Source: Vicinamibacteria bacterium (GTDB lineage Bacteria > Acidobacteriota > Vicinamibacteria > Marinacidobacterales > Marinacidobacteraceae). From it: a stretch of 64,000 bases of DNA. The position numbers were made by a program, and so were the translations under genes. This document shows, one piece after another, positions 31,910 to 39,986 of the stretch; position 1 is the first letter of the stretch, and every line of letters begins with the position of its first letter. The DNA is taken from contig OZ219815.1 of assembly GCA_964291235.2 (NCBI GenBank), positions 576,001-640,000 of the forward strand, read 5' to 3'. The notes under the pieces were generated by a model, which had not been told where the DNA came from, did no database searches, and saw only the letters and a list, made by a program, of their open reading frames with translations.

Positions 31910-32106
31910 CCTGAGGTGAGGAGCGCGTTCAACTTGCCCAGGACTTCGGCCACGACCTGGGGCGGCGCCGACACCGCCAACTTCAACCGGCGCGCACCCC
32001 AATCGAGCCTCCGAACCTGATCGGAGCGCACGCCCCCTCCGATCGGACCTCCCGGCGGGAGTTCCACCTCGAGGGGATACCCCTTCCGCGGAGGACGGCG
32101 CACCAA
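31910..32106 (-). pseudogene. MazF/PemK toxin C-terminal remnant
   Basis: KGYPLEVELP.G..I.G.V.SDQVRRLDW.AR...PPQVVAEVLGKL; the N-terminal half is not recognisable. Confidence 0.75.
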
Positions 32107-32207
32107 GAGCGTCCGGCGCCCACGTTGGCGGAGCGCAGCATCATCGGGGCTGGTTTCGCGCTCCGGCGCGGCCCCAACCGGAGAAGTGGCCGCCGGCGAC
32201 CAAAGCG

Positions 32208-32240
32208 AAAGGCCCGCCGCCCCGAAGGGCGACGGGCCTT
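32208..32240 (-). terminator. Rho-independent terminator of receptor paralog 3
   Basis: Minus strand aaggcccgtcgccc-ttcg-gggcggcgggccttt (UUCG loop). Confidence 0.75.
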
Positions 32241-32264
32241 GAAGGTGCTTTGGCTAGAGGATCC

Positions 32265-35174
32265 CTAGAAGGTCAGGCGGGCGCTGAGGCCGATCGTCCG
32301 GCCCTGGATCCACTCGATGGTGTTCCGGTACGCCCCGCCAGCGCGCATGATGAAGTTGGTCTCCGAGGCGTTGTTCAACGCGTTGAAGACATCCAGCATG
32401 AACTGGATCTCGGCGCTGTCGCCGAGGCTGACCGCCTTGTCCACCCGGAAGTCGACGATCGAGACGGTGTCCGAACGGCGGTTGTCCAGGTGGTCGAGGA
32501 AGATCGTCTGGGTTCCCACGTTTCCGATGCCCACGCTCAGGAGCGGCGCCCACGGGAAGCCGCTGACGTAGCGGAGCGTTCCGGCGACACCGACCTCATA
32601 AGGCATGACGTAGCGTGCCGCGCCCTTGAACTGCCAGTTGGTCACGCTCTGGATGAGCGGGATGAAGCCGTACTGGTAGGTCCAGCCGACCCCGACCGGG
32701 TCCGTCGTGAGCGGGCTCGTGGACTGGCCAGGGGTCCGGCCTTCGTTCCGCCACTGGTAGTCGAAGTAGGCGTTCCAGAAGAAGTTGTTCCGGAACCGCC
32801 GGTTGACACCCAGCGAGAGCGTCGTCCAGTTGAAATCCGCTTCGCCGTCCGGCACGTTCGTGACGAGGTTTTCGCTCGTCGGAGCGCCGTCCGGGAGGTC
32901 GTGCACCGTCAGCATCGTGCCGGCAAGTCCGTCAGGACAGGCGGCAGGGCAGGGAACCTGCTTGGTGTTCGTCAGTTTTCCGGCCCGGGCGATGTTCAGG
33001 GGTTCGAAAAATGCGCCCGTCTGGCGCTTGTGGACGAGCGAGGCGCGGAGCCCGAGGTCGTTGCCAACCTGGTGCTCGAAGGAGGCGCTGACCTCATCCA
33101 CATAGGGCTGTGTCGTGTTCGAGTCCACCGCGCTGCCGGTCGGAGGCACGCTGAAGTCCGAGCCGAGTCCGGCACCCGTGCTGCCGCCGAGACGATCGCC
33201 CAGTTCGTGCACGCCGTCGAAGAGGCCGTTCATGTTCTGATCGAGGAATCCGTAGGTGACGCTCTTGTTGCCACCGGGGTTCGTACTCTGCCATCCACTG
33301 TTCATGTTGTGGTAATAGCGTCCCCCGTAGCCCTTGACGACGGTGCGGCCCTCGCCGGTGACGTCATAGGTGAAGCCCACGCGCGGCGCGATGTTCCACC
33401 AACTGATCACGTTGCTGTTTCCCTGAATTTCGGCGCCAGGTCCGAACAACTGCGGTAGCGCCCCGGCGACATTCGCGTCGATGTCCGCGATCTCGCGGAT
33501 GCAACCGACGACTGCCTGACAGGTGCTGCCCGGCACGTTGTTGGAACCGAGGTACCCGATCCGCTGGCTTCCGAAGCGGACACCCGCGTTGAGCGTCAGC
33601 CGGTCCGTCAACGTCCAGACGTCCTGGGCGTAGAAGTCGATGTGGGTGTTCCGGTCCTGGTTGAAGTTCGGGAAGCTCTGGAAGTGGATCTCGTTCACGT
33701 TTTGCGGCCGCGGCGGATCCTGTGCGCTGTTGTCGAGGTAGCGCACTGCGCCCGAGTTGGCGTTCCAGCCGAACTGCCGCTCGTCGATCTGCATGTCCCA
33801 GCCGAACTTGAAGTCGTGGCTGCCGCTCTCGGTGGGCAGGTAATAGTTGAACTGACCGGTCGAGTGGGGCTTCCAGCGGTTGAAGGTGAACGGCCTCCAG
33901 CCGGCGCCCGACCAGAAGCTGGTGCCCGAGTCGAAGCGCGGCGGATTCGTCGCCGGATCCACGGCAGGCGTCATCGGCCAACCGAAGCCGAAGTGGTTCA
34001 CCTGGATGTTGCTGTAGAGCCGGTCGCTCCAGACTCGCTGCCACTCGGCCTTGTGCAGCCAGCTCCACGAGTCCTGCGCCAGGATGGATTCCGCCGGGCG
34101 GTTCGCCGAGAGACCCCGGAAGGGCTTCTGCTTCAGCGACCAGTGGTGGAAAGTGATGAACTGGTCCCGCTCGGTGATCTGCCAGTTCGCCTTCACCGTG
34201 AACATGTCGAAGTCGCCGAGGTCGGTACCCTCCGATTCGGGCTGCCCGGAAATGATCCGGTCGATGACGAACCGGTTGTAGGCAGCGTAGAACCACGCCT
34301 TGTCCCGCACGATCGGTCCGCCGAGATCGATGTGCGCCTCGTAGAACTCGATCACCGGCGCCGTGGTGCCGCCGCGGCCCATCAGGTCCGACGTGATGTT
34401 GTCGTTGATCCAGTCGGGCGGCTCGTAAGCGAAGTGCTCGGTTCCAGAGAAGTCGTTACCGCCGCTCTTCCACACCGCGTTCACCGTCGCGCCCGGGGTG
34501 TTCGATTCCACATCGGCACCCTGCGCGGACACCTGGAACTCACCGATCGCGTAGAAGTCGTAGTAGCCGCCCGCGCCGCCGGTCCCCTCGGTGGTGTTCA
34601 CACCGTCGTTGATGATCCGGTTCTGTCCCCGGACCCCGAAGGTCTCGTAGCCGGACTGCTGGCTCTTGTGGGACCCGCCCACGTCATAGCCGCGCATCCG
34701 CACGCCCGGGCTCTGCTGGAGGACCGCCCACATGTCGGTTGCCGACGGGACGTCCTCGAGCTGGGTGGTGTCGAAGGTTGCCGACACACCCGTCGTCTTC
34801 ACGTCCACCACCGGGGATTCGCCCGTCACGGTGACGGTCTCGGCGACGGTCGCGATGTCCATCGTGGCGTTGATCTCGAAGGTCGAGCCGCCAACCACGG
34901 TGATGTCCTCGAAGACGACGGTCTGGAAACCGCCGAGTTCGAAGGTCATGTTGTAGCTGCCGCCGACGAGTTGGGCGAATCGGTAGGACCCGTCCACGTC
35001 GGTGGTCGCGCTCCGGGCGGCCACGAGTTCATCGGACTCCAGGGTCACCGTCACTCCGGGGAGCACGAGGCCCTGGGCGTCGCTCGCGGCGCCCTCAAGG
35101 CGCCCGTAAATCTGCTGGGACAAGGCCGCACTGGGCCATGCCACCAGCAGCGTAAAGAGAATGAGTTTTCTCAT
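32265..35174 (-). CDS. TonB-dependent receptor, paralog 3
   Basis: AAGGAGG RBS before MRKLILF; GYDVGGSHKSQQ motif; ends GRTIGLSARLTF, as in paralog 2. Confidence 0.9.
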   Translation of the reverse strand: MRKLILFTLLVAWPSAALSQQIYGRLEGAASDAQGLVLPGVTVTLESDELVAARSATTDVDGSYRFAQLVGGSYNMTFELGGFQTVVFEDITVVGGSTFEINATMDIATVAETVTVTGESPVVDVKTTGVSATFDTTQLEDVPSATDMWAVLQQSPGVRMRGYDVGGSHKSQQSGYETFGVRGQNRIINDGVNTTEGTGGAGGYYDFYAIGEFQVSAQGADVESNTPGATVNAVWKSGGNDFSGTEHFAYEPPDWINDNITSDLMGRGGTTAPVIEFYEAHIDLGGPIVRDKAWFYAAYNRFVIDRIISGQPESEGTDLGDFDMFTVKANWQITERDQFITFHHWSLKQKPFRGLSANRPAESILAQDSWSWLHKAEWQRVWSDRLYSNIQVNHFGFGWPMTPAVDPATNPPRFDSGTSFWSGAGWRPFTFNRWKPHSTGQFNYYLPTESGSHDFKFGWDMQIDERQFGWNANSGAVRYLDNSAQDPPRPQNVNEIHFQSFPNFNQDRNTHIDFYAQDVWTLTDRLTLNAGVRFGSQRIGYLGSNNVPGSTCQAVVGCIREIADIDANVAGALPQLFGPGAEIQGNSNVISWWNIAPRVGFTYDVTGEGRTVVKGYGGRYYHNMNSGWQSTNPGGNKSVTYGFLDQNMNGLFDGVHELGDRLGGSTGAGLGSDFSVPPTGSAVDSNTTQPYVDEVSASFEHQVGNDLGLRASLVHKRQTGAFFEPLNIARAGKLTNTKQVPCPAACPDGLAGTMLTVHDLPDGAPTSENLVTNVPDGEADFNWTTLSLGVNRRFRNNFFWNAYFDYQWRNEGRTPGQSTSPLTTDPVGVGWTYQYGFIPLIQSVTNWQFKGAARYVMPYEVGVAGTLRYVSGFPWAPLLSVGIGNVGTQTIFLDHLDNRRSDTVSIVDFRVDKAVSLGDSAEIQFMLDVFNALNNASETNFIMRAGGAYRNTIEWIQGRTIGLSARLTF

Positions 35175-35599
35175 GCTGCTTGGTCCTCCTTGGGGGGTCG
35201 GAAGCATGGAAAGGAGAAAGATGTCAGTCAGGAGTAGCAACGGCCGGACCAAGGGGGCCGACCGAGCCGTTTCCGTTCCTAAGTCGTTCTGAATTCGTTT
35301 TGTTACGTCCGCACCTCGCGGTGCCGAAATCCAAGTAATTCACCCCAATATTCGTTTTATTGGAGCCGAACAGCCAATTGTCTTGAATCTCGTAGGCCCC
35401 TGTCAACCCGGGAAGGTCGGTTCTGGGCTCATCAGCGGCGCCCCAAGACGCGGACCGGGCCTCCGGATGCCGGGGGCTGTGCGGTCCAATACGGCTGATC
35501 GGATCGTGCGGCGACCCTGGCGCTGCTCCAGGGCGACCACCGAAGAGCGCGGATTCTTTCCGTTGGGATGCCGATAAGAAACGGAGTGCGAAGAGTCTC

Positions 35600-35968
35600 G
35601 ACGGACCGCTGACTCCCGAGGAACGCGGCGCGCTCTTCGAAGGATGGACCCATGGCCTCCTCCGGACGTACGCCGGGGAGCGGGAGCTCTTCGATGACAT
35701 CCACTATTGGTCACCCGCCGAATCTCGGACGGAAGTGGATTTCCTTCTCCGCCGTGGCCGGGACTTCCTGGCCGTCGAGGTGAAGGCGGGCGAGCGCTAC
35801 CACCCCACGATGCTCCGGGGGTTGCGCGCCGTGGACGAGCTACCCGGCCTGGTCCGCCGGGTTCTGGTGTACGGCGGGCGTCGCTCGTTCCGGACCGATG
35901 ACGGAATCGAGATCTGGCCCGCTGTCCGGTTCGCCGCAGAACTCGCCGCCGACAGCCTCTGGCCCTGA
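35600..35968 (+). pseudogene. Remnant of an AAA+/DUF4143 ATP-binding protein
   Basis: EERGALFEGW, then after a frame break LFDDIHYW..EVDFLL..G....AVEVKA; the ATPase part is missing. Confidence 0.72.
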
Positions 35969-36055
35969 TCGGCCCGGTGGGCAAGAGCGCGCCGAGCGCC
36001 GAGACGCTCCCGGTTCGCCGGCTGGTGTCCGGCCCCCCCTTAGACTCCGCATTTC

Positions 36056-37402
36056 GTGGAAGCCCCCCTCCCCTTCCGGACTGCCGGAGCAGCTCTCACC
36101 GCCAACCCGCTGCGCACGGCGCTTGCGCTGATCGGGCTCGTCATTGGCGTCGCCTCGGTCATCACCATGGCGGCGCTCGCCTCGGGAGCCCGGGCCGCCG
36201 TAGCCGACGACGTTCGTTCCGCCGGAACCAACATCATCATCGTGCGGGCCGGCAACTACATCCGGGGAGGCGATGCGGTGAACATCCCTTCCGGCTTCGG
36301 CCGCGCCGACACCCTGACCCCGGAAGACGCCGAGGCGATCCGAGGCGTTGCGGACGTGGCGATGGTGAGCCCGGTGGTCGAGGAAAGGACGGGACTGCTC
36401 TCGGATGCCGGAGACTCGTTCGCGCAGGTCCACGGAGTGTCCGCCGAGGGGCCCCGGATCTACCAGGTGCGCTTCCAGGACGGCGAGAACTTCACCGCCG
36501 CCGACGTGCGGGAGCGGAGGGCGGTGGTGCTGCTCTCGTCCCCGGTGGAGGCCGAGCTCTTCCCCGGGCGTTCCGGGGTCGGGCGCTCCGTTCTGATCCG
36601 CGACCGCGAGTTCGAGGTCCGAGGCGTCTATCAGTCATCCGACCGGAAGCTTGCGGAGGCGGCGATGGTCCCCCATACGCTGCTCGCCGACATCGTCGGG
36701 CGCGACTATCTGCAGGCGGTCGCCATCGCCACCGAACGGGCCGGCGACGCCTCCCGGGTGGGTCGCGACGTGGCCAACCTGCTTCGTGAGCGACACCAAC
36801 TGACCCGCTCCGCGCCGCCAGCGGAGGCGAGCGCTCCGCATGCCTTCCGGCGCGGAACGCGCCTGCCCGATGACTTCGTGGTGCGAACCCAGGCGACCGC
36901 GGCGCTGACCCAGGGCCTCTACACGACGGCTGCCGCCTTCGTGCTCGCCTCCATGCCCAAGCTAGACGAGGTCACCTCCGAGGAGATGGTCGGCACGCTC
37001 AACCGCGCCACCTCGACCATGACTCTCCTGCTCGGAGCCCTCGCCGGGGTCTCCCTCATCGTCGGGGGCGTCGGGATCATGAACGTCATGCTGCTCGCCG
37101 TGACCGAGCGGACGCGGGAGATCGGACTGCGGCTCGCGGTCGGAGCGCGCCGCCGCGACGTCTTGTGGCAGTTTCTTGCGGAGGCAGTGGGCCTCGCAGC
37201 GCTCGGCGGCCTCTTCGGGGTCGCGCTCGGCGGGCTGTCATCCGCGCTCGTGGAGACGATGTTTGGATGGCGGACGCTGATTCCCACGCTCGCAATCGCG
37301 GGCGCCGCCATCCTCGCGATGGGGGTGGGAGTGTTCTTCGGCTGGTATCCGGCCCGGCGGGCGTCGAGACTCGACCCCATCGTGGCCCTCCGCTCCGAAT
37401 AG
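36056..37402 (+). CDS. MacB/FtsX-type ABC permease
   Basis: NPLRTALALIGLVIGVASVI; VGGVGIMNVMLLAVTERTREIGLR; PARRASRLDPIVALRSE. Confidence 0.92.
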   Translation: MEAPLPFRTAGAALTANPLRTALALIGLVIGVASVITMAALASGARAAVADDVRSAGTNIIIVRAGNYIRGGDAVNIPSGFGRADTLTPEDAEAIRGVADVAMVSPVVEERTGLLSDAGDSFAQVHGVSAEGPRIYQVRFQDGENFTAADVRERRAVVLLSSPVEAELFPGRSGVGRSVLIRDREFEVRGVYQSSDRKLAEAAMVPHTLLADIVGRDYLQAVAIATERAGDASRVGRDVANLLRERHQLTRSAPPAEASAPHAFRRGTRLPDDFVVRTQATAALTQGLYTTAAAFVLASMPKLDEVTSEEMVGTLNRATSTMTLLLGALAGVSLIVGGVGIMNVMLLAVTERTREIGLRLAVGARRRDVLWQFLAEAVGLAALGGLFGVALGGLSSALVETMFGWRTLIPTLAIAGAAILAMGVGVFFGWYPARRASRLDPIVALRSE

Positions 37403-37501
37403 AACGTGCCTCCAGGCCGGCACTGCCCCGCGAAGCGGGGCGGCGGGAGCGAGCCCCGCAACTCCACGTTGGTTCCCCCTCTCGGCGGGGATCCCAACAG
37501 C

Positions 37502-38032
37502 CTAGGGCTCAGGCTTCGGGGCTTCGGGAGTCGGAAGCGGCATTCCAGTGTGGGGGTCCACCGTCGGAGGCTCCATGATGAACGGAACCTCGATCTCGTA
37601 GGGAGCGCCCTCGAACCGGAAGTACACGATCGCTACGGTGTCCTCCGTGTCGATCGGACGCCCGCCCGCGATCCACGCTTCGCCGAACTCATCGATCCGG
37701 GGCCGGAGCGGTTCGAGCTCTTCTCCCGCATCCCCAACGCGCCGAATACTGATCCGCACGTCCTCCGCGACCGCGGCGGGCAGTTCGCTGCGCGTCGCAT
37801 CCGAGAAATAGAGCCGATGCTCGCCCTCGGCGGTGAGCACGACCTCGAAGTGGAGGTCGCCGTGCATGAACACGTACCCCCCGTACCGCGGGGAGTGATC
37901 GCCGTGGGCCATCATCATTCCCCCCATGGCCGCCATGTCGTCCATCCCGTCCGCGGCCGGTTCTTCGGCGGGGGCGCCGCACCCGGACACCACGAGGATC
38001 GCGAGCACCAAGAGGCGCACCGGGCGAATCAT
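37502..38032 (-). CDS. Met/His-rich lipoprotein, putative metal-binding
   Basis: VSGC lipobox; GMDDMAAMGGMMMAHGDHSPRYGG..MHGDLHFE; DPHTGM. Confidence 0.7.
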   Translation of the reverse strand: MIRPVRLLVLAILVVSGCGAPAEEPAADGMDDMAAMGGMMMAHGDHSPRYGGYVFMHGDLHFEVVLTAEGEHRLYFSDATRSELPAAVAEDVRISIRRVGDAGEELEPLRPRIDEFGEAWIAGGRPIDTEDTVAIVYFRFEGAPYEIEVPFIMEPPTVDPHTGMPLPTPEAPKPEP

Positions 38033-38050
38033 CAGAGCCTCAACCAACCG

Positions 38051-39358
38051 TCAATTATGGGGTGACGACGCGAGGAGACGAATGAGTTCGGCCGGACTCA
38101 TGGCTTCGCGGATCGTCAGCAGGATTCTGGACAGGCGGTCGGACGGTGAGAGTTGGGGATCGATGAGGCCCTCGAGCGCGGCGCCGAAGCTTGGATCGGC
38201 AGCCGGGCGTACGAGAGCGTATCCGCCGAAGCGGTCGGCATGCGCGAGAAGGCCGTGAGGGTCCGGCACCAGGGCCTCGAAATCGAGCGCGCGCAGCGCC
38301 TCCAGGCGACTGAGCTCACCGTCCAGATACCCGGCGAGCACCCGCGACACCACGGGTTCCAGAGCCCGCAGCGACTCGTCCACGGGGGTCCCCGGCGCCA
38401 GCTCTTCGAGAGCCGCCGCCAACCCTTCGAAGACCGCGGTCCGGGGACCGTAAAGCGGCACGATCCCGAGTTCGGGCCACCCCCTGGTCTGGAATTCCCG
38501 ATCGGCGACCGCCGCCTGCAGGTGGTGGCCGGGGACCCCTTCGTGACAGGCCAGGCGCTGTAACTCCTTGGATCGCAGCCGAAGGCCCGCCGGGAGCCAC
38601 AGTGCCCCGCGTCCCTCCCCGGCATACCGGTAGAAAGGAGACGGCCCGGTGGGAAGCCTCGACGCCTCTGCAGGGGTTATCCAGTGGATTCCAAGCGGTT
38701 CCAGGCCGATGTCCACGGGCTCCGGGAACGCCAGTTCCCGGCAGCCGGCGAACGCCTCCCGCAGGCGGCCTTCGGTCCCTTCCCGAGGCGCGTCGGAGCG
38801 CTCGTAGTGACGGCGCACGCGTACCTTGAGGGGCGCGACTCCCTCGAGGGCGCGATCCACCCGGAAGTGAAGCCGCTCCAGGTCCACTTCGGGCTCGTTC
38901 CAGTCGAGACCGAAGACCTCACGAAGCTCTTCCGCCACCGGCCGCTGATCCCCGAGCAGTTTCCGGGCGCGAAACGCGAGCGCGCGGAGCGACGCCTCGA
39001 TGCGGCGCACCCGGAATTCTTCTTCGGTACGCGCCATCTGCCCCGCGCCGTCGGCAAGACGCCCGGCCCGCTCGGCAATTTCCCGGAGCTCGAGGTCCAG
39101 GGGCTCCAGAGGAGCGTCGAGGAACACCAGATCCAGGAACAGCGGATCGCGCTCGTGGAGCGCGAAAGCGAGTTCCACATACCGGCCGGCGAGCTCGTCG
39201 GCCGTCCTTGGGGCGGGATTCGCCGCCGGTGGTGGCGCGGGGCCGCAGGCGGCCCAGAGAATGAGAGCCACCGAGGCGAGCTGCGGGAGACGGAAAAGAG
39301 TGCGGAAGGCGCGGATTCGGGAAGCGTATGCGGGGTAAATCCCGGATGCAGCCGCCAT
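38051..39358 (-). CDS. DUF885-like putative metallopeptidase lipoprotein (start uncertain)
   Basis: WAAC lipobox; ACHEGVPGHHLQ plus downstream FEGLA. Confidence 0.7.
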   Translation of the reverse strand: MAAASGIYPAYASRIRAFRTLFRLPQLASVALILWAACGPAPPPAANPAPRTADELAGRYVELAFALHERDPLFLDLVFLDAPLEPLDLELREIAERAGRLADGAGQMARTEEEFRVRRIEASLRALAFRARKLLGDQRPVAEELREVFGLDWNEPEVDLERLHFRVDRALEGVAPLKVRVRRHYERSDAPREGTEGRLREAFAGCRELAFPEPVDIGLEPLGIHWITPAEASRLPTGPSPFYRYAGEGRGALWLPAGLRLRSKELQRLACHEGVPGHHLQAAVADREFQTRGWPELGIVPLYGPRTAVFEGLAAALEELAPGTPVDESLRALEPVVSRVLAGYLDGELSRLEALRALDFEALVPDPHGLLAHADRFGGYALVRPAADPSFGAALEGLIDPQLSPSDRLSRILLTIREAMSPAELIRLLASSPHN

Positions 39359-39459
39359 CCCGGGCATGACAGCCCGGCAGACAAGGCGGCGCTTCTTGGC
39401 GTGGCGATCCGCCGTCGTCGTTTGAGTTGACGTTGTCGGGGGTGACCAAGCTTGGGAGT

Positions 39460-39682
39460 CAGGAGCGCCGGCCTCCAGGCTGGCATCGCGGCCGCAGGTC
39501 GCGAAACTCCCATCGTCAACCGGCCAGGATGGCGCCGCAGCCCGGCAGTGTGGCGCTGCGCCACTCGCGCGCCCGTACGGCCACGCGCGGTCATCGCTTG
39601 GGTCGGTGTTGTGGACGCAGATTGAGTCTGGGAGTTTCGCTTCGCTATGCGAAGCGATGCCGGCCGGAGGCCGGCGCTCCTG
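39460..39682. repeat. Inverted pair of REP-like GC palindromes
   Basis: caggagcgccggcctccaggctggca (39460-39485) and tgccggccggaggccggcgctcctg (39658-39682) are near-perfect reverse complements. Confidence 0.65.
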
Positions 39683-39705
39683 GCACTCCTTGCACTCCTC
39701 GCCCT

Positions 39706-39734
39706 TTGACGGCCGCCGAGCCGGGGCATATCTT
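39706..39734 (+). promoter_or_regulatory. sigma70-like promoter upstream of M20 paralog A
   Basis: TTGACG-N17-TATCTT; context ctcgccctttgac..catatctt is conserved before paralog B. Confidence 0.65.
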
Positions 39735-39738
39735 CTAG

Positions 39739-39917
39739 CAGCCTGTGGAGGAAGTGACGCGAGCACCGAGAACGGGGAGGCGCCCGGCTGACAAGGCGCC
39801 CGAGGGAGGAATACCAGGTGTATTCCGACCGAAGGGCAACGATGAGGGTCGCGTAGCGACCCGGTTCAGCCGGGATGCATCGCCGTTCGAATGCCGCGTG
39901 ACTTTCTGCACAGGCTG
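39739..39917 (+). mobile_element. Structured MITE-like element, copy 3 (179 bp)
   Basis: CTAG|CAGCCTGTGG...GCACAGGCTG|CTCA; full core present. Confidence 0.92.
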
Positions 39918-39986
39918 CTCAAAGTGACCGCTCGCTAGGCGCGATGGTGCGGTCACGGCTCCGTTCGACTCAGGGAGGAGACTCTG

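Noticed and set aside
39735-39956. Short ORFs inside element copies (DASRLNR...FGRNTPGIPPS)
   Set aside because: They reflect the repeat; starts and stops are inconsistent between copies and substitutions follow base pairing rather than codons
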